Shown here: piece after piece, positions 40,274-51,129 of the stretch | How positions within the stretch are numbered: the stretch's first letter is position 1 | How the letters are laid out: the number at the start of each line of letters is the position of its first letter | Origin: Candidatus Daviesbacteria bacterium RIFCSPHIGHO2_01_FULL_41_45 | GTDB taxonomy: Bacteria; Patescibacteriota; Microgenomatia; Daviesbacterales; UBA10151 | Assembly (NCBI GenBank): GCA_001776975.1 | Contig: MFCS01000025.1 | Location: 37,407-101,406, forward strand | Length of the DNA: 64,000 nucleotides | Direction: 5' to 3' | Notes under the pieces: model-generated | Told to the model about the DNA's origin: nothing | Database searches by the model: none | What the model saw: the letters and a program-made list of their open reading frames with translations, nothing else | Translations under genes and position numbers: made by a program

Positions 40274-40501
40274 TTAACTAAAATTAATTTGACCTGCAAA
40301 CACATCATCTGCTTGACGCTCCAAATCTAAAACCCTCTGCCAATAACCAACTCCTGATTGTGCAGACCTGACCCCAAATACCTGCTTCAGGTACCTACCC
40401 GGAATCAATACTTCTCTGGCTCTAATTACACCAAAAGTTGCCGGAATAGCGCAATCTTCCACGATACTAGATGGCAAGTTAAGTATTTCAACTGACAGCA
40501 T
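40274..40501 (-). CDS. Small hypothetical protein
   Basis: 75-aa ORF filling the topA-pyrG gap. Confidence 0.45.
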   Translation of the reverse strand: MLSVEILNLPSSIVEDCAIPATFGVIRAREVLIPGRYLKQVFGVRSAQSGVGYWQRVLDLERQADDVFAGQINFS

Positions 40502-40549
40502 GATTATTGCGAACAGAATAACCTAGAATGTGGACAAGTTGTCAATACC

Positions 40550-42577
40550 TCAGTTGGATATTACCAGGTCGGGCTTTGGTTTATCCCAAGAAGCAAAATC
40601 ACATTTTGGATAGTTACTACAACCATAAAACGGCCTGCCTTTTTTAGTCCGCTTAACAATCACCTCACCATCACACTTAGAGCACTTAACGCCCACCCTT
40701 TCTTCAAAAGCTTTAGTAAATTTACAATCTGGAAAACCTGAACAGGCCAAAAATTTACCAAATTTACCAAATTTAACTATTAACTGTTTATTGCATTCAG
40801 GACAAAGTTCATCAACCGTCACTATCTCCAATTTTACCCGACTAGCTGTTTCCAGAGTTTCGTTAACTTGTTTAACAAACGGTTTATAAAACTCCTCCAT
40901 CATTGGCTGCCACTTTCTCTCTCCCTTGGCAACCTCATCCAACTTTTCCTCCATCTCAGCAGTAAATGAATAGTCAACGATATCTGGAAAGTGTTCCCCT
41001 AAAAAGTCAGCTACACTCATCCCTAGATCAGTTGGCACAAACTTCCGATCTACCCGCTCAACGTAATACCTTTCCTGAATAGTTGACAAAGTTGGAGCAT
41101 AAGTAGAGGGTCGGCCAATCCCTAGCTCCTCTAATTTTTTTATCAACGAGGCCTCAGTATATCTAGCCGGAGGTTCAGTAAAATGCTGAGAGGGAATAAG
41201 TTCTATTAGTTTTAGCTGTTGATTGGCATCCAAATTGGGCAGCGTCTTCTCCTCTTGTTGATCCTCATCCTGATCATTTTGACCATAAACTTTCAACCAT
41301 CCATCAAACTTGACTACACTACCCGTGGCCCGCAGGAGATATTCTATACTCTCTGACTTGGCAGAAACATTAACAGTAGTCACCTCTAATACCGCCTCAC
41401 TCATCTGTGACGAGACCATCCGCTTCCAAATTAAATCATAGAGTCTAAGGTGGTCTCTGGTCATACCCTCCATGATCTGTGATTCTAAACTTTTGATTGT
41501 GGCATCAGTCGGACGTATCGCCTCGTGAGCTTCCTGAGCCGATTTAGACTTAGTTTTAAATACCCGTGCCCCTGTAGGTAGGTATTTATCTCCATACTCA
41601 GCTTTAATTACCTGCCTGGCAACAGAGATAGCTATTGGTGCCAAATTAACAGAATCAGTTCTCATATAAGTAATCAGTCCATTCTCGTACAAATTTTGAG
41701 CTAACATCATAGTTTTCTTAGAGGTAAATCCTAATTTATTAGAGGCAGTTTGTTGGAGAGTTGAGGTGGTAAAAGGGGGAGACGGATATCTTTTGACCTC
41801 TTTTTTGCTTATCTCAGCAATATTATATAAGGCCTTCTCTAAAACCCTAACATGACCCTCAGCCTCAGATTTATTTTTAATCTCCAACCGCTTCCCTTTT
41901 AGTTGCACTAGATCCGCTGTAAATCTGGCTTCTTTATTTTGACTGGCTGTTTCTAACTGCGCTTCCACACTCCAATACTCCTGGGAATTGAAAGAACCAA
42001 TCCCTTTCTCTCGCTCCACAATGAGCTTTAAAGCTACTGATTGAACCCTACCAGCAGACAATCCAGATTTGACCTTCTTCCATAAAATAGGTGAGAGATT
42101 ATAACCAACTAATCTATCTAAGACTCTCCTTGCCTGTTGTGCATCAACTAGCCTCAGATCAATCCTGCGAGGATTTTGAAAAGCCTCTTTGATGGCCTCT
42201 TCTGTAATCTCATGAAAAACCACCCTCTTAATCTCCTGTTCTATCTTTTTAGCTTGGAGATTTTTTCTTTTTCCCTCGCTGTTGTGTAATAACTCAGACA
42301 AATGCCAAGATATAGCCTCTCCCTCACGATCAGGATCTGTTGCTAACCAGATCGTTTTAGCAGAAGCCATCACTTTTTTTAGTTGGTTAATCCGTTTTGA
42401 TTTATCTCTAGGAATGATGTAGTGTGGTTCAAAGTTGTGATCTACATCCACCCCAATATCAGACTTGGGCAAGTCTCTGACGTGACCCATCGAGGCCTCA
42501 ACTTGATACTGGCTACCCAAATATTTAGCCAGAGTCCTACCTTTTGTAGGTGATTCAACAACAACTAAATTCTTCAT
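40550..42577 (-). CDS. topA: DNA topoisomerase I
   Basis: VVESPTK, ATDPDREGE, SAGRVQS, ITYMRTDS, two Zn ribbons; start ATG 42577. Confidence 0.97.
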   Translation of the reverse strand: MKNLVVVESPTKGRTLAKYLGSQYQVEASMGHVRDLPKSDIGVDVDHNFEPHYIIPRDKSKRINQLKKVMASAKTIWLATDPDREGEAISWHLSELLHNSEGKRKNLQAKKIEQEIKRVVFHEITEEAIKEAFQNPRRIDLRLVDAQQARRVLDRLVGYNLSPILWKKVKSGLSAGRVQSVALKLIVEREKGIGSFNSQEYWSVEAQLETASQNKEARFTADLVQLKGKRLEIKNKSEAEGHVRVLEKALYNIAEISKKEVKRYPSPPFTTSTLQQTASNKLGFTSKKTMMLAQNLYENGLITYMRTDSVNLAPIAISVARQVIKAEYGDKYLPTGARVFKTKSKSAQEAHEAIRPTDATIKSLESQIMEGMTRDHLRLYDLIWKRMVSSQMSEAVLEVTTVNVSAKSESIEYLLRATGSVVKFDGWLKVYGQNDQDEDQQEEKTLPNLDANQQLKLIELIPSQHFTEPPARYTEASLIKKLEELGIGRPSTYAPTLSTIQERYYVERVDRKFVPTDLGMSVADFLGEHFPDIVDYSFTAEMEEKLDEVAKGERKWQPMMEEFYKPFVKQVNETLETASRVKLEIVTVDELCPECNKQLIVKFGKFGKFLACSGFPDCKFTKAFEERVGVKCSKCDGEVIVKRTKKGRPFYGCSNYPKCDFASWDKPKPDLVISN

Positions 42578-42639
42578 AATATAATCCTCAATTTCCCCTT
42601 TATTCACGCTAGAGTAGTGTAACAGTGATGTCAAGAAGA

Positions 42640-43014
42640 TTATCTAACTCTGACCACGTTTCCTGAAGGATCTAGTTCTACTATATGTTTCGAGAATCCA
42701 TCCACATATCTTTGGCATAAATTATGAGATAAATCATCTACATCCTCTCGGGGCGAATGAACCACATCAACCACCCAATCTGGCATTAAGTCATTTGTTA
42801 AACAAGGGCCTTGAGATAAATCTGTGCCGTTTGATAAAGCCTTCTTATATAAAGCCCTAGCTTTAGCTGTTGCTTGATCAGCTGTTGAGACTGAAGCATC
42901 TTTTTTAATAACCCTAGTCTCATTTAACTTCATCACCCCAACCCCCACTACTAAGACAAAAATTAATGACATAACAAACAACTTAGTTCTTTGATCCATA
43001 TATCTAGTATACAT
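42640..43014 (-). CDS. Membrane-anchored hypothetical protein
   Basis: N-terminal TM; GPCL...WVVDVVH.PR. Confidence 0.7.
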   Translation of the reverse strand: MYTRYMDQRTKLFVMSLIFVLVVGVGVMKLNETRVIKKDASVSTADQATAKARALYKKALSNGTDLSQGPCLTNDLMPDWVVDVVHSPREDVDDLSHNLCQRYVDGFSKHIVELDPSGNVVRVR

Positions 43015-43015
43015 T

Positions 43016-44107
43016 TTAACCTAACCTGAGGTACACCCCTGCTCCCATATTTTTAACCAATCCATAGATCTCCATCTTTATTAAGGCTGCAGATACAGCC
43101 GAAACTGGTAGATTAACCTGCCGACAGATCTCATCAACATGCCTATTATCCAAAGCCAATACCTCTAAAACTCTTCTTTCAACATCGCTCAGCTCTAAAT
43201 TAGGTTTATTTTTAAAGTTTAAGGTTTGAATTTGGTCTAACCCCAACTCCTCTATAATCTCTTCTGGAGAGGTAACCAACCGGGCACCTTGTTTAATTAA
43301 AGCAGCCGTTCCAAATGACTGATCTGAGGTAATCGGACCAGGAATAGCAAAGACCTCTCGACCTTGATCAATCGCTTCTCTAGCAGTAATCAGCGAACCA
43401 CTATCCTCAGCTGCCTCTGTTACCAAAACTGCTTTTGATAAACCAGAGATAATTCTGTTTCTGGCTGGGAAATTACCTGGTAAAGACGGCTCATCTGGTA
43501 AAAACTCAGAGGTCACCGCCCCAAACCCTCCGTCAACAATCTCCTTAACCAATCTCTCGTTTTCTGGAGGGAATATTTTGTTTAACCCGCCACCCAACAC
43601 AGCAATTGTTTTTCCCTTCACCTCCAAAGCAGCACGGTGAGCGATCGTATCCACACCTCTGGCAAGCCCGGAAACAATAGTTAATCTGTTAGATGCTAGA
43701 TGGGTCGTAAACTTTTGGGTAACCAAGCTTCCATATCCAGTGACCTTTCTTGTTCCCACCACAGCTACACATAAAGTATTAAATATCGACCTATCACCCT
43801 TAAAATATAACACCACTGGAGGATTATGAATCTCCTTTAAAGGAGCTGGATAATCAGCATCAAAAATAGTTACAAAATTAATTCCTGACTTATTTAACTC
43901 CTCTACCAGACTTTCGGGCTTTAAAGTAGCCTTTAATCTCTGCCAATCCTCTATGACTGATCGAGCAACATTGATCCCTTCCCACTCTGATCTTCTTGCT
44001 TCCCAAGCAACTTTTGAGTCAGAAAAATACTCGAGTAATAATTTTAACCTAATAGGTCCCAGCCCTTTGACATGATGTAGGGCTAAAAGGTACTCAATAT
44101 TATCCAT
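43016..44107 (-). CDS. dprA: DNA-processing protein DprA
   Basis: AVVGTR, SGLARGVD, FPARNRIISGL, SGSLITA. Confidence 0.96.
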   Translation of the reverse strand: MDNIEYLLALHHVKGLGPIRLKLLLEYFSDSKVAWEARRSEWEGINVARSVIEDWQRLKATLKPESLVEELNKSGINFVTIFDADYPAPLKEIHNPPVVLYFKGDRSIFNTLCVAVVGTRKVTGYGSLVTQKFTTHLASNRLTIVSGLARGVDTIAHRAALEVKGKTIAVLGGGLNKIFPPENERLVKEIVDGGFGAVTSEFLPDEPSLPGNFPARNRIISGLSKAVLVTEAAEDSGSLITAREAIDQGREVFAIPGPITSDQSFGTAALIKQGARLVTSPEEIIEELGLDQIQTLNFKNKPNLELSDVERRVLEVLALDNRHVDEICRQVNLPVSAVSAALIKMEIYGLVKNMGAGVYLRLG

Positions 44108-45960
44108 TATTCACCAAGTCTCCTTGACTCAATATCAAGCGGTGCCACATCCAAGCTTTTGATCTGAGACTTGTCAGAATTGAAATACCAGGTATAAATA
44201 TGTTTCACTACCGGCGAGGCAACAGTTGATCCCTCTCCCCCTGCTTCCACCAAAGCTGTCACCGATAATTGTGGGTCGTCGACAGGCGCATAAGATGTAT
44301 ACCAGGCATGAGTTCTGTCTCTCGGGTCACCAAATTCCGCTGTACCCGTCTTGCCAGCAGTGGGAATTGAAAAATTAAAGAACGGCCAGGCAGTACCACC
44401 TTGTTTAGTCACCCTCTCAAGGCCTTGTTTTACAAGCAATAGATGCTCTTTGGGAAATAGATCTGCGGAGAGAAGTTGCGGTACAATGCGTTTAATAAAG
44501 CTTCCATCAGAGCGACTAATAGCAGTCACTAAGTAAGGTTTATACAACTTCCCATTTGCTGCTATATAGGAGGTTTGGGCAAGGACCTGCAGTGGAGTTG
44601 CCAGCAAAAATCCTTGCCCGATCGCCATATGTAAACTATCGCCCGGGAACCATACTTCATCTAGCACTTGTCGTTTCCATTCATCTGAGGGGATTAATCC
44701 TTCAACTTCACCAGGTAGATCAATTCCCAACTTTTTCCCCATGCCCATTTTTCTAGCTGCATCAGCCAACGCTTTTTCACCCACTAGCTCCCCAACCTTA
44801 TAAAAAAAGGTGTCATTAGATCGCTCCAACGCTCTGACTATATCGACCATCCCTTCTTTTCTACCATGTTGGGTAAAATACCAATTAGCGAAGGTGTAGG
44901 GTCCTAAATTAATCACTCCGGTATCTTCAATAACAGTTGAGGCTGTAATCCGACCGCTTCCCAAAGCAGCCAGAGATGAAGCTATCTTAAAGGTAGATCC
45001 AGGCGGATAAGTTCCAGCTATGGCGCGATTTAAAAGTGGTGAAAATTGTGAGGTGAAATAAGCACTAACCAATTGACTCTTAGTAGGATCGGTAAAGCTG
45101 TTTCCATCAAAGGTAGGCAAAGACACCATCGCCAAAATTTCACCTGTTTTGGGATTTTCGGCAATAACACTTCCGCAACAAGATCCTACTTTGGTCACCG
45201 CCTCTTTCAAACGGTTGTAAGCTTGATTCTGTAAATCGGCATCAATTGACAGATGAAGATTATGACCGGGTATTGGTTCAATCCTCCTTAAGGATCTCAA
45301 TTTTTTACCAGTCGAATCTACCTCAATAATCTCAGCCCCATCTGTACCTTTTAGATAGCGCTCATACACTTGTTCAACTCCGGCTCGCCCGAGCTTATCA
45401 CCAATCTTATAATCCTTAAACTCATCACTTTTCAACTCAGACTCAGTAATCTCACTAACATAACCAAGAATGTGAGATGTAACCTCACTCATCGGATATG
45501 ACCTAATAGTATCTGTTTCCAGTTTGTCATAGCCCTGATGACCGGTCGCTTCTAATCTTAAGGCCTCATCATGGCCAACAAATCTTCCCTCTAATCTATA
45601 CCCAGGATTTGACTCAGCTAAAACTTTACCATTTCGGTCATAAATTACTCCCCGAGGGGCATGAATTATCCGGCTATGAATCCTGTTTGAATCTGCCAAA
45701 CCCCGAAAAGTGGCTCCTTCTATAATCTGCAGGTGAAATAACCGAAGAAACAAGCCAAACAGGGAAATTAAGATGATACAGGCTGTGATCAAAACCCTCC
45801 AGGATGATATGGAATCCTTTATGAAACTGGGGCGAAAATTTGGTAAAAAACCATCCTGCCAACCAGAATCCAAGCCTTTAAAATCCTTAAAGTGGCCAAA
45901 CTTTTTGGCACTCTTAACAACTTCATCTGAGAATGCGTAACCAAGTTTTTTTCTGGGCAT
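44107..45960 (-). CDS. mrdA: Penicillin-binding protein 2
   Basis: RGVIYDRNG, PGSTFK, SND, KTGTA; follows mreCD. Confidence 0.94.
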   Translation of the reverse strand: MPRKKLGYAFSDEVVKSAKKFGHFKDFKGLDSGWQDGFLPNFRPSFIKDSISSWRVLITACIILISLFGLFLRLFHLQIIEGATFRGLADSNRIHSRIIHAPRGVIYDRNGKVLAESNPGYRLEGRFVGHDEALRLEATGHQGYDKLETDTIRSYPMSEVTSHILGYVSEITESELKSDEFKDYKIGDKLGRAGVEQVYERYLKGTDGAEIIEVDSTGKKLRSLRRIEPIPGHNLHLSIDADLQNQAYNRLKEAVTKVGSCCGSVIAENPKTGEILAMVSLPTFDGNSFTDPTKSQLVSAYFTSQFSPLLNRAIAGTYPPGSTFKIASSLAALGSGRITASTVIEDTGVINLGPYTFANWYFTQHGRKEGMVDIVRALERSNDTFFYKVGELVGEKALADAARKMGMGKKLGIDLPGEVEGLIPSDEWKRQVLDEVWFPGDSLHMAIGQGFLLATPLQVLAQTSYIAANGKLYKPYLVTAISRSDGSFIKRIVPQLLSADLFPKEHLLLVKQGLERVTKQGGTAWPFFNFSIPTAGKTGTAEFGDPRDRTHAWYTSYAPVDDPQLSVTALVEAGGEGSTVASPVVKHIYTWYFNSDKSQIKSLDVAPLDIESRRLGE

Positions 45961-46403
45961 TATATTTTCAGCTTAATAACTGACCTACCAATAAACCTCT
46001 CCTCCCAAAATCCGATGATAAGATAGAGCGGAACCACCATAATCATCTGGACTGGCACATACCACAGATTTAAGCTAATCCCCAATAAAAATTTAGAGAG
46101 TAGATAATAAATCATCACAGTAATAAATGTTACCGGGATGCTGACTGACCAATGGGAGGCAAAAGCAGCCAGACGGATACTGTGCACCACTTTCACAACT
46201 AAAAGATAGACAATACTCATGATCCCCAAAGGTTGTCCTGATAAGAAAGCTACCAATAACCCCATTAAAAACGCTAAGTAATAGTTTGACCGAGAATTCA
46301 TTAAAAAACTGCGGACTATAATGACAATTAAAATTAAATCAAACGGCAACAACGCAGATTGGATAAAGGTTAGCAACAATAACAATACTATCGGTACAAT
46401 CAC
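45960..46403 (-). CDS. mreD: MreD-like membrane protein
   Basis: Highly hydrophobic; lies between mreC and mrdA. Confidence 0.65.
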   Translation of the reverse strand: MIVPIVLLLLLTFIQSALLPFDLILIVIIVRSFLMNSRSNYYLAFLMGLLVAFLSGQPLGIMSIVYLLVVKVVHSIRLAAFASHWSVSIPVTFITVMIYYLLSKFLLGISLNLWYVPVQMIMVVPLYLIIGFWEERFIGRSVIKLKI

Positions 46404-47191
46404 ACACCCTCCATTACAAACACAACGTCCAGATTCTTGGTGTCAAATACCCCTTCAACTTTGGCCTGTTTAAAAACCTCATTCTCTCGGGTAAATACTT
46501 GACTCACTTTTCCAATGATTAGCCCTCTGGGAAGCTCTCCTTCTAAACCTTCTGAGTAAACTAAATCTCCAATATTTATCGGTTCCTGGTGCAATATTTT
46601 ATCCATTAGCATCTCTGAACCGAATTGACCTATCAGTATTCCCTGAGACCTACCTGCCTCCCCTTGAGAGAAAACTGATAGCTTGGAATCAGGATCAGAG
46701 GGCAGTAGAACCTGTGAGGTATTGCCACTCACTACCCTAACCACTCCTACGTACTGATCCTTATATAAAACTGCCTGGCCAGGCTGTAAATTTTTATCAG
46801 TGCCGTGATCAAGAATTAGGTATCTCCCCACCCCAATTACTCTTGTGGGAATTAATGAATAAGCCCGAGGTAACAAAGTTGACTCCTGATTGCTTAAGGC
46901 TGTTAATTCATTTAACTCCCGTTGTATCCTAGCTTTATCCAAAACCAATCCTGCTAGCTGTTCTTTTAAAGCCACATTTTGTTGAGCAGCAAAACGGGCC
47001 TCGGTAAGAAAACTGAATTGACGCCCCACCACCTTAGTTGATTCATAAATTCCATATTGGATCGGGGTAGTTACTGTTTGGACAACTATTTTGGGAAAGT
47101 TTAACCAACCAACCTTATCTAAAACCAATACTGATGAGGAGATTAAAACCAGGGTAATAAATAGCCTAAAATCCAGTAGTAAGGTTTTCAT
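46400..47191 (-). CDS. mreC: Rod shape-determining protein MreC
   Basis: TM plus coiled coil; GDLVYSEG..G.LPRGLIIG. Confidence 0.9.
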   Translation of the reverse strand: MKTLLLDFRLFITLVLISSSVLVLDKVGWLNFPKIVVQTVTTPIQYGIYESTKVVGRQFSFLTEARFAAQQNVALKEQLAGLVLDKARIQRELNELTALSNQESTLLPRAYSLIPTRVIGVGRYLILDHGTDKNLQPGQAVLYKDQYVGVVRVVSGNTSQVLLPSDPDSKLSVFSQGEAGRSQGILIGQFGSEMLMDKILHQEPINIGDLVYSEGLEGELPRGLIIGKVSQVFTRENEVFKQAKVEGVFDTKNLDVVFVMEGV

Positions 47192-47238
47192 GAGTGGGTA
47201 TCACTCTGGCTAATATACCACAAAAGTTTTTTGATGTA

Positions 47239-47267
47239 TTGACAGAGAAAATAGTTATCACTATAGT
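47239..47267 (+). promoter_or_regulatory. Sigma70 promoter of pyrE-like gene
   Basis: TTGACA-17 bp-TATAGT, ATG 10 nt downstream. Confidence 0.75.
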
Positions 47268-47277
47268 CTTTTTAAGT

Positions 47278-48009
47278 ATGTACCCTGAATTTTCTCGATT
47301 ACAAAGGGAGGTTGCTGACAGCTTTTTAACCACTACTGTTCAGGGAAAAGCCAGTAGAGTTGTATTGAGGCCGGATGGAACCCATTATATTGACTCCCAA
47401 ACCCGTCCTGTTCATATGATTGATTTCCCCAAACGACCCAGAGAATTTGCCCTAAAGATTCATGAAACAAGACCCACCGACCCTCCTTCTCCGTACTTTG
47501 TGAATTTTAGAAATCTACCACCAGAGATGCTGGTACAATTTGGCAGGCTATTAGAAGAGTCCCCCATCTCCTTCCATGTACCCGATGTCTGTACCGGAAT
47601 CCCTAAAGCTGGGGTGGATATAGCCAAAGCTTACTCCCTAGCAAGTGGAGTACCCTATCTGGATATATATTCTAAAGAGGAGCATACCGATGGAACTAGG
47701 AGAATTATTGGTAGAGAAGGGACCCCAGATGGCAATCAGAAAAAACTTCTGATTATTGATGATCTGATTACCAGGGCAGGAACAAAATTAGAAGCGATCC
47801 AGGTAGCCAGAGAACAGGGATTTAATGTGACTGGAGTAGCTGTAATCTTAGATCGGGAGCAGGGAGGGCAGGAGGAGCTGACAAGCTTTGGAGTTTGGTT
47901 ATCTACAGTTTTCTCGATTAGATCATTATTGGAGTACTACTGTGATACTAGGCAGATCAGTCAGTATAGATTTGACAAGATTAGAAGATACCTCGCTGCC
48001 CAGGAATAA
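47278..48009 (+). CDS. pyrE: Orotate phosphoribosyltransferase-like protein
   Basis: SPYFVNFR, GIPKAG, IIDDLITRAGTK, ILDREQGG; start ATG 47278. Confidence 0.85.
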   Translation: MYPEFSRLQREVADSFLTTTVQGKASRVVLRPDGTHYIDSQTRPVHMIDFPKRPREFALKIHETRPTDPPSPYFVNFRNLPPEMLVQFGRLLEESPISFHVPDVCTGIPKAGVDIAKAYSLASGVPYLDIYSKEEHTDGTRRIIGREGTPDGNQKKLLIIDDLITRAGTKLEAIQVAREQGFNVTGVAVILDREQGGQEELTSFGVWLSTVFSIRSLLEYYCDTRQISQYRFDKIRRYLAAQE

Positions 48010-48011
48010 TT

Positions 48012-49067
48012 TTACCTCAATCCACCGGTAACTCTGACTTTAGTTAATAAATCCAAGTTTTGTAAAACCTTGCCACAACCCCTGACTACTGTAGTTAATG
48101 GATCATCTGCCACCAGGATTGGCATCTTGGTCTCCTCCGCCAACCTTTTATCAAATCCTTTCAGTAATGCCCCACCTCCGGTGATCATCACCCCTCTTTC
48201 CATAATATCTGAGGTTAACTCAGGCGGAGTCTCCTCTAAAACCCCGGAGATAGCTGAGATGATCTGGTTTATTGTCCCCATTAAGGCCTCCCTAATCTCC
48301 ACACTAGAAACCTTAATTGATTTTGGCAAACCGGTCTGTAAATCCCGACCCCTGATCACCGCTTCTTTTTCCTCTTTTAATGGTGACGCTGAACCAATCT
48401 CTATTTTAATATCCTCAGCAGTTTTTTCCCCGATAATTAATCCATACCTCATCCTCATATAATTGATAATGTCCTCATCTAACTCATCCCCAGCTACTCT
48501 TAAAGATCTATTAATCACCATCCCTCCCATGGAGATCACCGCTATCTCGGTTGTTCCCCCGCCAATATCCACAATCATTGTTCCTTCTGGTTCCTCAATT
48601 GGTAGCCCAGCTCCAATGGCTGCTGCCATCGGCTCCTCAATCAAATAACAAACCCGGGCTCCAGCAGTTAAAGCTGCATCCTGCACCGCTCTTCTTTCTA
48701 CCTCAGTGACTCCGGAGGGAATCCCAATCACAACTCTAGGTTTAGGAATCTTAGGAATAGACAATCCTTTTTTGGGATTTTGGTGTACCCTCTGGATAAA
48801 ATACCGCAACATCGCCTCAGTTGAGTCAAAGTCTGAGATCACACCGTCCCTTAAAGGTCTTATTGCCTCAATAGCCATTGGGGTACGACCCAACATCCGC
48901 TTGGCTTCAGTACCAATCGCTAAAATTTGCCGGCTTTTTTTATGTAGCGCTACCACCGATGGCTCTCTTACCACTATTCCCTTACCGTCAACCAATACCA
49001 AGGTATTAACAGTCCCTAAATCAATGCCAATATCAAATGAAACGAGCTTCCAGAAGAAGTCAAACAT
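48012..49067 (-). CDS. mreB: Rod shape-determining protein MreB
   Basis: IDLGTVN, EPSVVA, DIGGGTT, TGGGALL. Confidence 0.97.
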   Translation of the reverse strand: MFDFFWKLVSFDIGIDLGTVNTLVLVDGKGIVVREPSVVALHKKSRQILAIGTEAKRMLGRTPMAIEAIRPLRDGVISDFDSTEAMLRYFIQRVHQNPKKGLSIPKIPKPRVVIGIPSGVTEVERRAVQDAALTAGARVCYLIEEPMAAAIGAGLPIEEPEGTMIVDIGGGTTEIAVISMGGMVINRSLRVAGDELDEDIINYMRMRYGLIIGEKTAEDIKIEIGSASPLKEEKEAVIRGRDLQTGLPKSIKVSSVEIREALMGTINQIISAISGVLEETPPELTSDIMERGVMITGGGALLKGFDKRLAEETKMPILVADDPLTTVVRGCGKVLQNLDLLTKVRVTGGLR

Positions 49068-49130
49068 GTGAAATTGAGTTTAACATTTGTGGTTGGCAAC
49101 AACAAGCAGGTCTGGTAGGATAATTACCAC

Positions 49131-51125
49131 ATGCTTCACAAAATCTTAATCTCGCTATTCCAATTCCTACTATTTTTTACCCCTTTGTTTTGGCTGCCTT
49201 TAACCTCTGAACTATTTGAGTTTAACAAGATGATGTTGGTTTACCTTTTGACTACCCTGATTACCACAGTTTGGATGCTGAAAATATTGCATCAAAAACA
49301 GCTAATATTTAAAAGAACACCCCTCGACATTCCCATCTTGCTCTTTTTAATGTCTCAAATCCTCTCCACTATTTTTTCTATTGATCAACATCTCTCTATC
49401 TGGGGTTATTACTCAAGACAAAATGGTGGACTTTTATCAATTGTTGCCTACCTGCTACTTTTTTATGCTTTTGTCTCAAACCTCAGCCGAGATGATGTTC
49501 ACAAACTATTAAAGACCGCTATTTTAGGTGGAGTTGCAGTTTCAATTTGGGCCATCCCAGAACACTTTGGAGCCTCCCCTTCTTGTTTACTGCTTACTGG
49601 TTCACTGGATACTAACTGCTGGATTCAAGACGTTCAAGCCCGGGTGTTTGCTACTCTAGGCCAACCTAATTGGTTAGCCTCATATTTAGCCATATTGATC
49701 TACCCAAGTATCTATTTCCTGCTGACCGCTGTTTCTAAAAAATCCTTGCTTCTTAATTTCACATACGTCATATTGCTCTATCTGGCTTTTACATTCACTT
49801 ACTCAAGAGGGGCAACACTAGGGCTTATAGCAGGACTAGGGGTATTTTTATCATTCTGGTTTATTCAGAATCTACGCAACAATTTTAAGCTCACTTCAAC
49901 TCCCGTTATTACCCTACTCTTAGTACTTATTCTCCTTCTGATGATTAACTTAATTTTTGGTTCAGCTCTCACCTCTTTTACATTATTTACTAAAAACTCT
50001 GCTCCAACCCGAGAATCTATTAGCGAATCTTTCAATAAACCCAGTGTTGGCACCCAACTAGAAAACGGTGGCACCGAATCGGGAGTAATCAGATTAATTG
50101 TCTGGAAGGGAGCTGTCGATATCTTTAAGTACTACCCATTAACGGGCTCTGGAGTAGAGACTTTTGCCTATGCTTATTATCAGTTTAGACCTATTGAACA
50201 CAATTTAGTCTCAGAGTGGGATTATCTTTACAACAAGGCACATAATGAGTACTTAAATTACCTGTCAACCACTGGAGCTCTTGGTTTAATTAGCTATCTA
50301 TCACTTATATTGATATTTATTATGTGGTCTGTCAGACAGATTACTAAACGTCCATATACTTCTTACACACTACTTCAGATCTCGTTACTTTCGTCATATG
50401 TTAGTTACCTAGTCTCTAACTTTTTTGGTTTCTCGGTAGTAAATACCGCCCTGTTGTTTTTTCTGATACCATCACTTGTTTTTACCATAACTCCCAAATC
50501 TCTAACACCTGTCCCTGTTAATTTTTTCCATAATACAAAAAAAATTATAGCCAGCATGGTAGTGTTACTGTTGATTTCCGTGATCATTTTATATAACTTA
50601 TTCGGGTGGTGGGTAGCCGATCATCTATATGCTAAAAGTTCCAAACAGATCGATTCAGGCGATATCGGATTAGCCTACAACAACCTCGTTACCGCAGTTT
50701 ACTTAAATCCCTTTGAACCACTATATTTATCTGAGCTATCATTCGCTGCTGCCAATTCGGCCGTAGCCCTCGAAGCAGAGGAGTCCACTGCCTCTTCACA
50801 AATGAAAGATATCTCAGCTTCTATCACTGCCAGGTTGTTAATAACACATCCCCACAACACCACATTGTTTAGAAATGCTACCCGCACTTATTACACCCTA
50901 TCGTTAATCGATCCTACTTTTATCCAAAAGACTCTCCAGGTAATTGACCAGGGAATTGACCTGGCTCCAACTGACCCCAAGTTGCTCTACAATAAAGCTC
51001 TAGTTTTAGGTTCCATGCAGAGGTTTGATGAAGCTAAAGAATTACTAATCAAAGCTTTACAGCTTAAGCCAAACTATAAAGAGGCACAAGATTTATTGGA
51101 AGAATATTTAAGGACAAAACTATAG
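49131..51125 (+). CDS. O-antigen ligase-like membrane protein with C-terminal TPR
   Basis: R..ATLGQPN, TYSRG, R..VW, KAHNEYL, TPR tail. Confidence 0.85.
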   Translation: MLHKILISLFQFLLFFTPLFWLPLTSELFEFNKMMLVYLLTTLITTVWMLKILHQKQLIFKRTPLDIPILLFLMSQILSTIFSIDQHLSIWGYYSRQNGGLLSIVAYLLLFYAFVSNLSRDDVHKLLKTAILGGVAVSIWAIPEHFGASPSCLLLTGSLDTNCWIQDVQARVFATLGQPNWLASYLAILIYPSIYFLLTAVSKKSLLLNFTYVILLYLAFTFTYSRGATLGLIAGLGVFLSFWFIQNLRNNFKLTSTPVITLLLVLILLLMINLIFGSALTSFTLFTKNSAPTRESISESFNKPSVGTQLENGGTESGVIRLIVWKGAVDIFKYYPLTGSGVETFAYAYYQFRPIEHNLVSEWDYLYNKAHNEYLNYLSTTGALGLISYLSLILIFIMWSVRQITKRPYTSYTLLQISLLSSYVSYLVSNFFGFSVVNTALLFFLIPSLVFTITPKSLTPVPVNFFHNTKKIIASMVVLLLISVIILYNLFGWWVADHLYAKSSKQIDSGDIGLAYNNLVTAVYLNPFEPLYLSELSFAAANSAVALEAEESTASSQMKDISASITARLLITHPHNTTLFRNATRTYYTLSLIDPTFIQKTLQVIDQGIDLAPTDPKLLYNKALVLGSMQRFDEAKELLIKALQLKPNYKEAQDLLEEYLRTKL

Positions 51126-51129
51126 AACC

